A stretch of DNA of 64,000 bases from Adineta vaga (Eukaryota; Animalia; Rotifera). Positions 9,118-22,727 of this stretch are shown piece after piece (positions within the stretch are counted from its first letter, which is position 1; each line of letters starts with the position of its first letter). The position numbers and the translations under genes were made by a program. The DNA lies in the NCBI GenBank assembly GCA_021613535.1, contig CP075495.1:13144001-13208000 (forward strand). The letters run 5' to 3'. The notes beneath the pieces are model-generated. The model saw only the letters and a list, made by a program, of their open reading frames with translations. It did no database searches and was not told the DNA's origin.

Positions 9118-12100
9118 TCATTCTACATGGAATAAAATCAATAATGTTTGTCGAATTTTTGTTAATTCATCTATATTCTGTTCCCAATCTGTTTCTGTTA
9201 ATAAATTCATCACTTGTTCCGAATGTTCTTCGTCATTTACATTGGAAAATAATTCATCATTAAACATAATACATGTATCATATAAATTTTGTGCTGCTTG
9301 TCGTCTCACCCACGGATAATTATGTAAGAAGAAGTTTGTTAAACACTTCAATATAAGATTTCTTAATGTTTGATTATTAAATTGTAATAATGAACAATAT
9401 AATTTGATAAAATGTGTATATAAAGCTGGATTATTATTCAATGTTTGATTCTTTTTGATTAAAATATCTTCTAATAGTTCAATAAAATTGATCCAATATT
9501 GAAGAAATTCTTTGGGATAATGTTCATAGAAATATTCAAATGTGGATTGAGATAAAAGTCGTTCCCATGCTTGGATTGATGGTATAAGAATTCTTATTTG
9601 ATGATTTTGTTTATTTGTAAGAAGTTTTTCTACATCTTGAAAAAGTAAATGAATCAAATGATGATTAGTTTTCTGAAGAATTAAAAATGAATGTAAAGCT
9701 TGACTGGCATGGGATAATTCTCCAGCTGTTATTAAACAATTCATCCAAATTGTGTAACGATAACGATCAAAGATTAATAATTGAACAAGTAATGGAAAAA
9801 CACTTTGCGAATTACGCCAATCGATATCATTCGATTGAAGAAAGATTCTTTCAAGTTCAATTTTGGAATCAATCGGTTGTTCGAATGAAATATTCAAAAA
9901 TTCAATCAATGCTGTTCCACTAATCATTCTCAAATCATCAATTTTTGAGCAAACATTTGTTAGAATTGCATTCAAACAATTGTGAAGCATAGTGGATGTT
10001 AAAAATTGTTTATTATGTTCATTGATTAATTTCAATAAACGAACTAATTGTGTACAAGCTGTTTCACGTACAAGACGACCTGAATCTCCGTAACGATCAT
10101 TTGTATAATCACGTGTACAACGAAGATATGAAGTAATTAATTTATTAATTGATTCTTGTGTTGAAAATGGTGATAAGGAATGTAAATGAAGATTTTCATA
10201 GAGATTACAAAGAGCAATCAATGTATCTTTACGTTGTTTTATTAAATGTTGTGTTGATTTTGTAATTATGATTAAATTAAATAAACAATCAAGAATTTTT
10301 GTTATACTATTACTTGTTAGAATCATTTTCGATGGAAATGATGCGAGAGCAAGTGCATAACCTTGTCGAATATATTCTTGAGATGTTGTTGTTATTTTAT
10401 TTAAATAACGATCAAGAATTTCAGATGAACTGAAAGAAAGAAAGAAAGAAAGATGAAATAGTTGATTTTTGTCGAATAAAAATACCTTGATTTAGAATAG
10501 AATGCATTTGAAAAAGCTTTCAAAGCATTTAATGCTGCTTGTCTAACATCATCATCTAAATTACTAATACATTCATCGAGAATGGTTTGCCAACATTGAA
10601 TTGTTTCATTTGGAAAACATTTTTCTTTTTCATTCAATGAAAAATATTCCATCGAACGTGAAATATTTTCAATAAATAAACAGAGTGATGGTCGAATAAG
10701 ATCACCTGAATATCCATCAAGAAATCCTAAATTTTTATAATCAATCAACAGACTGGATATTTTCTTTTGTAAAGTAACTTGGAAGTCTTCTAAATTTGAA
10801 CATTCATTTGGATTCTATGAGAAAAATAAACAAAGAATAAGAGAATTAGTGTTGTTTGTTTTTCTTTAACATACGCGTTGATAACGTTGATATAATCCAT
10901 AGATAATATGTCCACAGCTAGCAAGAAGACCATGTCTTGCAATACCATCACTTTTTCTATCTAAACATCGATCAAATAATGGCAACAGAATCTTTTCATA
11001 GATTTCTTCGATTGTTCCATAATCTATTGTTGTTTTTTCTAATAATTGACTTGTTAATAAACGTGTTTCTTTTTTCCAATGTATTATTTTATATTTTAAT
11101 AAATGTTCAATCATATAACGTCCAAAAATATCATAATATTTGATCAATGAATGTGCTAAGATTAAAAAACAATAATCAAATTTACCAATTAGATTATAAT
11201 CCGTTTGTTGTATAATATCAATTCCATGAGGAAAATATTCTCCTTGTCGACCAACATTTTCTTGTAAAGAAGCTGATGCTGCTCGACGACATTGAACATT
11301 CCAATCGAAACAAATTATACAAAGTAACATACCAGCTAAATCAGCTGTATATGAACGAAAATCAATGGGATCAAAAGCACGAGCAAATGACCAACAAACC
11401 TTCAAGAAAGAAATATTTGTTGTTATGTTTGTTTTGGGAAATTGAAATGAAAATTCAAACTTACATAACAAGCAGCATCACGCACAATATGTCCATAGGT
11501 TTGATGACCCAGTTTTTCATCATAATTCAATGATTTATGTACAATAGGCATAACAGAATCTAAACGTTCAGGTAAAAGAAGACCACGACGTGCAAGTTCA
11601 GCTAATGCTAAACATCCACCTTGTAAAGCATAATGATCACAGGCAAGAAGTGCAACTGTGGAAATACGATCACATAAGAGCGAAACTAATTGAGCAGCAT
11701 ACGATTTTCTTAAACGATTTGTAATACGACCTAGACCTTTTGCTGATGACCATCGAACATATAATTCTTTATCACTTAAACCAGTCATGAGTAATTGAAG
11801 TATAGATTCTACCAATGTTGGTACATTACTATTATCTTCAAGATCTTCTTGTTCATCATTTTCATACTGTTCATGATGATGTCCATTAGTTGTTGATGAA
11901 GATTTACTAAAGAAGAAAGAAATCAATTTTATTGTTGATAAAAAAAATGTATAACTTACATATTCATAGTTGTTGTACTAGTTGATGGATTATTCTTTTT
12001 TGATGTTAATGAATCAAGAATATTTCGAACACCACGACGATATCTCCATGCTGCACCATGTTTAGGCATTGGTAATAGAGTCATCGCAAGTTTTTGTAAT

Positions 12101-13002
12101 AATTTATAAGCCATACGTCGTATAACAATACGTTTTGCATATAAAATACGTTTATTGACTAATAAATCATATAATCCATCTACATAAAGAATTAAATTTA
12201 AACGTTGTCCAAATTTAAATATATATGAGACAGTTTGTAATGATGCTGTCATACGTAAAATAATTTGTTCGTCATTTTCTTTTTCATCATAGGATTCAAG
12301 TATTGGAAAGATTTCACTGGTTAAAAAATCATTTAAACATAGAAGTCGAATTGAATCTTGTCGAGACATGAAATGGCCAAGATTAAATGCAACCATACGC
12401 ATATAAATGGAATTATAAAGAAAACGTTTATATATAGTTAAAATTTGTGACATGGTCGTTTGTGTACGTGTTTTCGAGTCGAATCGACATAAATCAAGTG
12501 GAACCATACATGTTGTACCAAGCCAAACAAGTAGAGAATAAAGTGTAGCCCATGCATTTTCCGATGAAGAATTTTCTGTTAAGTGACGTTCAATCAAATT
12601 AAGTACAAGTATTAAATGATGAGGTTCATGAGGTAAAAAACGTGTTGTCATTACTTTGAAACCACGAAGTTTTATAATATGATGAAGAAGTGCACCGGCA
12701 ATATGATTTTTATTTGGACCATGTTCAATATAATGAAGTAATTTATTAATTATATCTGGTAAATATGAATCAAGTAATTGAGGTTGTTCTTGATATTGAT
12801 TAAGTATATATTGAAATTGATCGTAAATACGTTCGACATCGGTTGTATCTATAGGAGTGTCTGTTGTTATCACAGATTGTTCTTCATTCGTAATAGAACC
12901 TATTTGATCAATTAATTGTTTGACTTGTTCATGTTGTTCAAATTCATTTAAAGAAAAATAAACAGGATCATGATCATAAATATCGACGGAATCGGCAGTC
13001 AT
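9118..13002 (-). CDS. TBCD: Tubulin-specific chaperone D
   Basis: Multi-exon. Motifs YQEQPQLLDSYL, VRWSSAKGLGR, LAELARRGLLLP, RDAACYV/CWSFARAF, CRRAASASLQENVGRQG, DYTNDRYGDSGRLVRE and HNYPWVRRQAAQNLY. Confidence 0.93.
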
Positions 13003-13552
13003 GAGAATATCGTTTTGTATTTCTTCTAAATAATCAAAATTTCAAATCATAACCGTTCGAAAAGAAAAGAATTTATTTTAGCTGAATATATATATATTTT
13101 TTTTGTGACAGAACAACAAAAAAACACAACATAATAATATTTTCTCGTACAAATCGTTCATATTGTCTTCAATGAAAAGCAAACGCACAAAAAAGAACAA
13201 TAATCATTCTTATACAATTTGTCAAAGAAAGAATATTAACATGCAATGATTGTTTGAATTGCACAGAAACAAAAGAAAGAAAGAAAGAAAGAAAGCCTAA
13301 TTCTCTTCATTATACTATATAAAAAAAGAAGAAGAAAAGATGTCATTCAATATGTTTTCATTCAGTGAATATTAAATGCATTGTATCTGAATGCTAGAGA
13401 ATGATATTGAAGAGAAGTAGTGAAAGCGCAAAAGAAAAAGAAAAAGAAAAACAAGTACACATAAATTTGAAATTCAATTGGGAATTATGAATGTAAAAGA
13501 TTAGTATGAATTATTATTTTTTTAGATGATTAATTATTAGTTGTTGATTTTG

Positions 13553-15847
13553 TTAAGATTCAGTTTCATGAAATGGTCGTTTTGGATTTAATTTCGATTT
13601 ACGCATATTCAATAAATCACCAACTTCTTCAGCATTTTTAAGTACCTAATTTAGAGACGAATGAAAGTTAAAAGACGAAAATCATTTCGATTTACTTCAT
13701 CAAGCATTTCTTTTGTATGTGAAGCTGAAAGACAAAATCGTACACGACCAAGAACTAGAGGTGTCGCTGGAAAACCAACGGTAACAACGGCTACACCACG
13801 TTTTAACATTTCACGATTGAACGCTCTGTAAAGAAAAAGAAAAGAACAAGTTCATTCTAGAATTCATTGTAGAGAAAAAAAAACAAATGATTCATACGCT
13901 ATTTTTGATGGACTATATAATAATGCGGGTACAACAGGTGAATGAGGATGACCATAAACAATAAAACCCATTTTTGTTAAACGTTGTCGAAAATAACTTG
14001 TATTCCATGCTAGTTGATTAATTCTTTGATGGCCTAGAATTTTTTCAAATGAATAAAAATTAGCATAAAAAATGTATTTAATTTACCTTCATGTTCTTCA
14101 TCTTTATCTATTAATAAATTTAGTACACAAATAATTTGTTCTGCTACTGGAGGACTCATCGATGCCGCATAAACAGCTGAATGTGATGATATACGAATAT
14201 GATCAATTAATTCCTTGAAGCAAAACAAATAAACATTAATTGTGTTAATATAAAAAGTTCTTTCTATTTTTATTACTTTTTTTCCCGCAATATAACCACC
14301 TGCTGCAGCAAAACTTTTGGTAAATGTACCCATTAATATGTCAACATCGTTAACATTACATTTCCAATAATCTACAACGCCTCGTCCCCGTGAACCCATG
14401 GCACCAATTGAATGTGCTTCATCCAAATAAAGAAATGCTCGATATTTCTTTTTAAGTTCAATTAATTCTGGTAACTTGCATAATGAACCTTCCATACTAA
14501 AATTTGCGATGACACTAATAATGATAGAATTGTTTCTTTATTATCTTACCTATAAACTCCTTCGACAATTATCAAAATTTTTCTCCATGGTCGATGTGTT
14601 CGTGGTTGACCAGACACAATGGATTCGCGTAATAATCTTTCCAAATGATTCATATCTATAACAATTTAATTGAAATATACAATCGAAAATAATAAAATAG
14701 AAAAAAAACTAACCATTATGTTTATAAACTTTAATTACAGCACCTGATAGACGGGCGCCAAGAACCAACGATGCATGATTTAATTCATCACTCAAAATGA
14801 GACAACCCTTTAAAAAAAACGGAAACTTTTATATATAAATATTGAAAGTAATGATTTAATATTTCTTGTTTTTTTTCTATGTAAGAATAACTGTTAGATT
14901 AAATATAGCAAAAGTTAATTGTACAGAAAATAGAAAACAGACAATATACCTTTCCGACCAATGTTGGTATATTGAGTGCATTGGTTGCGAATCCCATCCC
15001 GAATGCGATAGCATCTTCGGTGCCAAGAAATTCAGCGAGTAGAGATTCAAGTTTACGATGTTGTGTTAATGTGCCTGAGACAAGTTAGTGAAATAATGTT
15101 AGACAAAAGACATTTAAACCCCATAGATTAATCCTTTTACAGATGTTTATGTACATAAAGCAAGGTGAGTATTCAAACAAAGAATTGCTACTTACCAAAT
15201 TCTTGTGTGGTACTTGCTGTTGCAAGGCCATTTGTTTTAATTGAATTAATAACATTTTCTACAATAGGTCCATTATTATTTGCAAAACCAAGATAATTAT
15301 ATGATGCAAGATTAATCGTTTTTATTTTATCACTGGTAAATCTAAAATAAAATAAAATAAAATAAACAGATTACTTTTTAGTTTCATGTGTTTAGGAAAA
15401 TAAAATATTACCTAAATGACCAATTATAATCATCAGTAACGCGTTCGAGTAGATCAAGTGTAGCACCTGGTACACTACCAATGGGTCGATTAAAACAATC
15501 AGCAATACGTTGATAAACATTCCGAGTGTAGAAACTTTCATAACTTTGATAAAGTGGAACAAAACCCTGAAAAGAAAGAATTAAAACATTTCTTATATTA
15601 AAATAGATTTACTCACAGATGGATTATTTTCCGATGAACCTTTTCGATTTTCAATTCGAGCATTTCGAAGAAGATCACGAAACCAACCAAAAATATTTAG
15701 AATAACGTAGTTTAAATACGTCCAAAATGCTTCTGAAAATGGTGTTGTTTCATAAACTTCATCTAATGATGGATGTTCAGGTACTGGCGTTGTATTAACA
15801 ACATTAGAGTATGATTTTTTCTTTTGAAATGAACTATCTTTTGTCAT
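13553..15847 (-). CDS. SPTLC2: Serine palmitoyltransferase long-chain base subunit 2 (LCB2/SPTLC2-3 type), paralogue A
   Basis: Spliced gene. Motifs [53 protein letters not shown]-lysine GTFTKSF and VGFPATPL. Stop at 13553-13555. Confidence 0.93.
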
Positions 15848-18524
15848 TTTGTTGGTTTTTACTATCTTGATCTGAAGAAAATAAACAATAAAAAAGAAAT
15901 GAAGGAATAACTATTATCAACGAAATATAGATTGAAATAAAAGTTAACTTTATTATTACTCATTCTTTCTATATTCACATGTTTTCGTATTTTACGTGTC
16001 GACTTTGTTCGTTACCTATGATGATCTCCTATCGATTTTTTTTTCACAAACGAAGAGCTAAAAACAAATATACCTAGCACATTGATTCATTCTGACGATG
16101 ATGATTATTTATCTAAAATTTCGTCGATAGAAATGAATCATATCGTTTATGACGAAAGCAGATTTCAATTGTGGAATTAATAATGATCAGGAAGAAAAAA
16201 GTGGGCTTTACCGTATTCGCTATTATTGTCTTCACAACAGACAGACGCATTAGTAACGTAACGACAACGTACGAATAGGAAAAAAACCAATCAAGTTTTA
16301 GCAGAACATGACTGATGTTATGTGTCGACATCTAATCATCAGTCAATGTGGAAAATATTTTGAAGCACGAATGTTAACTTAGCTTCTTGAAAGATTAAAG
16401 TACTGTATACATATTTGCCTATCTCATGTCAGTTTTACAGGAAACTAGTGATCAGTTTTCATTAACAGTATACTTAAAAGTATGTTGAAAAACAAAGTTT
16501 TTCATATAAATATTTGATATATTTTATTATGTCAATGGAAGTCATGACAAAATTGTAGCTTAATTTCTAAAAAAAAAACCTCGTACTAATCCTTGCTTGC
16601 ACATATCGATGTGCCATTGCATCTGAAATGTGTGATGTGATAGTTTGTGCAAATAACAATGATCGATTACTAGTTGAAAGTGCGAGATTATTGTTTCTAT
16701 ATGGGAATACAGAAATCTATTTATCGTTACTAAAGTATACGAATAATAACAATACTAGAAATAGTTAGGGAAAAGAAATGAGTCATATGTACTCGATGGA
16801 AAAAAAGTACGCCCAGGCAATGCATATCAATATAATTATTTTTTGAAAATATACGAAAAGAATTTATTTCGCGTGATTAATTTTCATCTAATTTATTTTC
16901 GTATAAAACGAATGAACCTAAACAAACACTTAAGATATGATCTATACTAGAAAAAGATTCAAAAACGGATGATCGATCAAGTTTTATTTAAATCCAAAAA
17001 AAAGATCATCTCTTCAATCGATTGACAAACTTTGTTCGTTGTAATTATCATAACAGAAGTCTTACAATTCGATAGATTATTTTGCAAAGTATCCTTTTCG
17101 TCTGTATAACCATCGATCTATCCAATATATGCCATAAATAGATAATGAATTCATTCTTGAAAAACTAATTCCACTTTGTCATTTTCTTCAATTATAAAAG
17201 AAAGTTTTTTTTTACTGAGATAGTAAATTCATCTTGTGTACATTCTTAATTTTCATTCTATTTAAAGAATGACGATGACGTCTTTCAAGAAATAACTAAT
17301 TTTCTATTTGTAGAAAGAAAACGAAGGATGCGTATGACGACTTGATATTTATCTTTAATAAGTAATTTCTCATCGTCATCATCGAGAGAGAGAGAAAATC
17401 GTCCGCTAAGTATTCATTCTTAATTGTTAGAAGAGAAAAAAATCTCATAACGTTTTTGTTTCTTGATTGAAGGTGATAATATTCTTTGACATGTTGAAGT
17501 ATCTTATCCATACATATCTATTTCATCGATGAACATGTCAAAAACGAGCAAGAAGAAAAAAAAAATTTTTCTCTCGTTCTTGTCAAATAAAAATAAATTG
17601 CGTAGAAATTATTACTTGTTCGTTTTTAGATAAACAAACTTTTCACCCTCAAGATTAATCCATCATTTATTCTGAAACTTGTTTACTGATCGAAGTAATA
17701 AACTCGAGAAATTTCACAGAGAACGTATATCTAAGCATGACCAAGTTGACGAAGAGGCAGAAGGATCATAAAATTAGAAATATTCTTTTCTTTCTTCCTT
17801 CCTTCCTTTCATTTCTCTTTCTCTTCTTCATTTTTTTCTACCTCTCTTCTCTTATTTTATTGAAGCGATTCTCTTCTCACTCTTTTTTTTATATGCATTA
17901 TTAACCGATACTAGTCAGTACGTACGGATGAAATATCTACTATGTCATGTAAATAAGTCACCTAAACATGTACACGGTCACGTTTCGCTACACTTCTGTT
18001 TCTTTCTTTTTCTTTCGTTACTATTCATCATGAACATAGATAAATGTGGAGTTGATAGCAAAAGTAAACGAGTTAGAAAGAAAAAGGTATGTTATTCACA
18101 ACTGAAATTATACTTCTTAGTTATTATGAATAAACTTGAATATTGAACTTTTAGAAATGGTTTTGATCTAATATATAGAAGAAGTAAGAAGAAGAAAATG
18201 ATTGTTACTATGTTCTGCGTTGACAACATCCATCCGTTACTAGTTATGCCGTATTCGTTGCCATTCTTTCTACATCCGGACGAGCTTTTTTCTCTTCTTG
18301 TTCTGCCTTGATTCTTGAAAAAAAAATGCGGATGCCATATACTACTCTAGTCATTATGCAAATAGTTGCGTGTAGCGTTGTTAGTCGTTCTGTTAGTAAT
18401 GTTGATGAAGCAAGTTTATAGTTGCGGAGGTGTATCGATGAAAAGAAATTTTTCGTTATTGTTCCTACCTATTTTGTATATAAATCATCTTTTATGAATA
18501 ATTTGAGATCTGTTCTTCTTCCAG

Positions 18525-20761
18525 ATGTCATCAAAAGTGGTTGTCAATCAAAATTTTAATAAAAATATATCGAACTATCAATCGAATGTAGATAATAACA
18601 AATCTCAACAACGAAATCATGAAGAATTTGAAGAAACTCCCACATGGGCTGCGGTCGTAACTGTTCTCGGTTATGCTATTTTAAGTGCATTGGGATGGTT
18701 ACGAGATTTTCTTCGACATATTGGTTTAGAACAAAAACAAACTGCTCATGACCCGAATCCTAAAGTAAACTAATTTTCATTGATCAAAAAAGCAAAAGAA
18801 GGAAAATGAATTTCTTTTCCTATAGGATTTTGTTCCATTATATCAAAGTTATGAATGTTTTTATACACGAAACTTATATACACGTATACGTGATGTTTTT
18901 AATCAACCAATAGCTAGTGTAGCTGGCGCAAAAGTAAATGTTATGGAACGTATTTCAGATGATTATAATTGGACATTTAAGTAAGAGAAACGATTTTATT
19001 AATTTTCTTCTTAAATGTTCCGTTTTGTTTTCTCTCGAATAGATTTAGTGGAAAGAAAATTTCAGCGATTAATTTAGGTTCTTATAATTATTTGGGTTTT
19101 GCAGAAAATCAAGGACCGTGCTCAGAACAAGCAATAAAATCGATTGAAAAATATGGTGTCACAACATGTAGTACACGTCATGAATTAGGTCATCAACGAT
19201 ATGTCAAAGAATTAGAAGCCTTAATGGCGGAATATTTAAGTGTTGAAGATTGTATTGCATTTGGTATGGGTTTTGCTACTAATGCATTGAATATTCCGAC
19301 ATTGGCTGGAAAAGTAATTTGGAATCTTGTTCGGAATGAAAATTATGAATTATTTTTAGGGAGATTTAATTCTTAGTGATAGACTTAATCATGTTTCATT
19401 GATACTTGGTGCACGTCTCTCCGGAGCAACGATTCAAACATTTGATCATAATGGTAAAGAATTTTTATATTATTCTAATTTTGAGAAGAGACAATTCAAC
19501 TTTTCCAACTAAACTGAAGGGTTAAATAAACAATTGACTTCTATTGATGTGTAGTAGATCAGTTTTCTAAATTTATCTTTGTTTATATGAGATTAAACTA
19601 TGGTCTTTATTTTGTTGGTAGACATGAAAGATTTGGAAGTTCATTTACGAAAAGCTATTATATCAGGTCAACCACGTACTTGTCGACCATGGAAAAAAAT
19701 TCTGATTATTGTTGAAGGAGTTTATAGGTAAGTTGAAGTATTGAAAACAAGACAAAAAAACAAAATGATCTTAAAATTACTAACCTTAGTATGGAAGGTT
19801 CATTATGTAAATTATCGGAAATAATCGAACTTAAAAAGAAATATAAAGCTTATTTATATGTCGATGAAGCACATTCAATTGGTGCAATTGGTTCACGTGG
19901 TCGTGGTGTTGTAGATTATTGGAAAGTTGATCCAAATGATATTGATATTCATATGGGTACATTTACGAAAAGTTTTGGATCAGCTGGTGGTTATATTGCT
20001 GGAAAAAAGGTAAATTTTGAAAGAAAACTTTTTATGTTTTTTTGTTCTCAAAAGTAAATGATTTCTTTATATGTAGCAAATCATCGATCATATTCGTGTT
20101 TGTTCACATTCGGCATGTTATTCATCGAGTATGTCATCGCCTATTGTTCATCAAATAATTTCTGCATTAACTATCATTATGGGTCGTGATGGCACGAATG
20201 ATGGTAAGTTTTTCAAATTTGTTTTTTGTCAATAATAAACTTTCATGAAAAACATTTAGGTCAACAACGAATTCGACAATTAGCTTGTAATGTACGATAT
20301 TTTCGTCGACAACTTGTTGATATGGGTTTTATTGTTTATGGAAATGATAATTCACCTGTTGTACCAGTTATGATCTATATGCCAGCAAAGATAGCGTAAG
20401 TTTAGAAAACTTCTGTATTAAAGGTGAATATTTGAATTTTTCTAGAGCGGTTAATCGAGAGATGTTAAAACGTGGTTGTGCTGTTGTTACTGTTGGTTTT
20501 CCTGCTACTTTATTAACAGAATCACGTGTTCGATTTTGTATTTCAGCTGGTCATACAAAAGAAATGCTTGATCATGTAAAAACGACAAACTTAATTCTAA
20601 TAAAACGGAGTATATTTATCTCTTTTATATTTATTCTTTAGGCTTTAAAGGCAATGGATGATGTGGGTCATCTCGTTTCCCTTCGTTATTCGAAGAAAAA
20701 TCCACATCGTCGTTGGATTGAACTGAATCATAGTGATTATGACAAAGAATATATCTGTTAA
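18525..20761 (+). CDS. SPTLC2: Serine palmitoyltransferase long-chain base subunit 2 (LCB2/SPTLC2-3 type), paralogue B
   Basis: Spliced gene. Motifs [51 protein letters not shown] and [16 protein letters not shown]. Stop at 20759-20761. Confidence 0.93.
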
Positions 20762-21150
20762 TTAAAACAAAAAATACAAATCATTTTTCAATTCTATAAA
20801 GCTGATTATATATGACTTTATCTCTTTAAGATAAATGAAATCGGCATATTCTTTTCTTCTACATTATATCTCATAATTTTGACTTTTTGTTTTTATTCCA
20901 TATCGATCAACATTCTTTTTGTAGCGTGTTCTTATTCTTCTAACCTGTCCGATATTGATTTAATTTACATGTCCATCTAACTGTGTGTGTTTTTCTAAAT
21001 GCTCTATTGACAATATAAATATACCTGTGATAACTAAGTTTTATATTGTCCATTGATACTACAATCTAATAAAAATTATTCAACAAATCATTTCGTTTTT
21101 TTAATTTTTACTGAAATATAAATACAAAAGCAAAGAATAAAGAAGTTTGA

Positions 21151-22727
21151 TTAAGTTAATTTGATTTGATCTTGATCCGTTTTATTCGTTTGTAAGTCGA
21201 GTAATTGTACTTGACAACTTGTAACAGTTGTTGTTCGTTGACGTTCAGGATTATTAATATCATCGTCATCATCTTCTTCGAAATGATTACGTTTATGCAT
21301 TAAACTTTTCGGTGAAAAATCGACACTACGATCTGAATGATGAGTTTCACGTGTTGGTCGATATTTACAGAAAAAATTTGAAGTAGACATTATATCGACA
21401 AGATCAAGACAAAAATTACGATTTAATAAAGCATATAGATAGGGATTTAAACATGAATTAAAATACGCTAAAGCATGTGTGACAGCACGAATTGTATAGA
21501 GAACTCGAGGATATAAATGAATAAGTAAATTAAGTCGAGATGAATGTGCACATTTCATTAATTCAAGTGCATGAATTGGTAACCAACAAACAGCAAATGC
21601 CAATGTTACAACAATAACCTAAAGATTTGTTCGTAAAGAATCAATGAACTATCAAAAAATCTTTATCAGATCATTCTATTAGCAAAATAATTTCCTCAAT
21701 AAGAATTTTCATTTCCGATTCTATATGACATATCTTAATGCGTAGAAAAAAAAATGATTAAAAATCTTTTCATTGAATTGAGAATTAGAATCAATTTTTT
21801 CTATGAAAAACTGAAAAACCTTACCATTTTCGTTACTCGTCGTTGTTTTAGCTGAACAGTTTGATGAAAACTTTTCTATGATACAAAAACAAAATGATTG
21901 ATTTTCTTGGAAATTTTGACATCCATGTCTTTACCGTATCCATATGTCCTGCCATTTTTCGACCTGTTTTTATAACATACAATGCTAATTTTGTATAACA
22001 AATAATAATGACCAGAAGTGGAATAGCATAATATGAACAAAATGGAACAAAACAAACAATCAAATTTTCATGTTCATTCATACCACATGCTGTTCGATTG
22101 GGTACTAATACACGTGATATGATATGATAAGGTATAATCATTATTAAAGAACCTATAATATGTATCAAGAAAACATTATTTCAATTCATTCATATCACTT
22201 ACAAGCCCAGATGATAATACATATAATAAAAGCATTTCGTGCTGTACGCCATCCAAGTTGAGATTTTGGTCGAACAATATATAAATAACGATCAATACTC
22301 ATCACAGCTAATATAATACAAGTTGCTTGTAAAAAACCCTAAAAACGAAATCAATATAAAACTTTATTTTGAATCTCTTGTTTATTTACATAAGCAAGAT
22401 AAGTGTAGATTTTACATATCGTATCTCCAAATGGATCTGCATTTTTGACACCTAAATATGTTGTATATGGAATTGATAATGTTAGAAATAAAAGATCGGC
22501 AATAGCTAAATTAATCACATAACAATTGGTAACATTTCGATAATTTTTCTTTCGAATAGCAACATAAATAACCATAGAATTACCTAATAAAGACAAATCT
22601 ATTTTTCAAATTCATCTCATTTTCATTTACCTAATAGACCAAAAATAAAAATCAAACAATAAAATAAAAGTAAGATTCGACCGAGCAAGACGGGTATAGT
22701 TTCTTCTTCAGTTGAATTGTGTGACAT
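21151..22727 (-). CDS. Class A neuropeptide GPCR (galanin/allatostatin-A/kisspeptin-receptor-like)
   Basis: GLLGNSMVIYV (TM1), VTNCYVINLAIADLLF (TM2), MSIDRY (TM3), FAVCWLPIH (TM6) and LAYFNSCLNPYLY (TM7). Short N-terminus with an NST sequon. Multi-exon. Confidence 0.88.

Noticed and set aside
13553-20761. SPT pair as a haplotype/assembly duplication or a bacterial transfer
   Set aside because: The copies are strongly diverged with different introns, and both have the eukaryotic LCB2 N-terminus and many spliceosomal introns.
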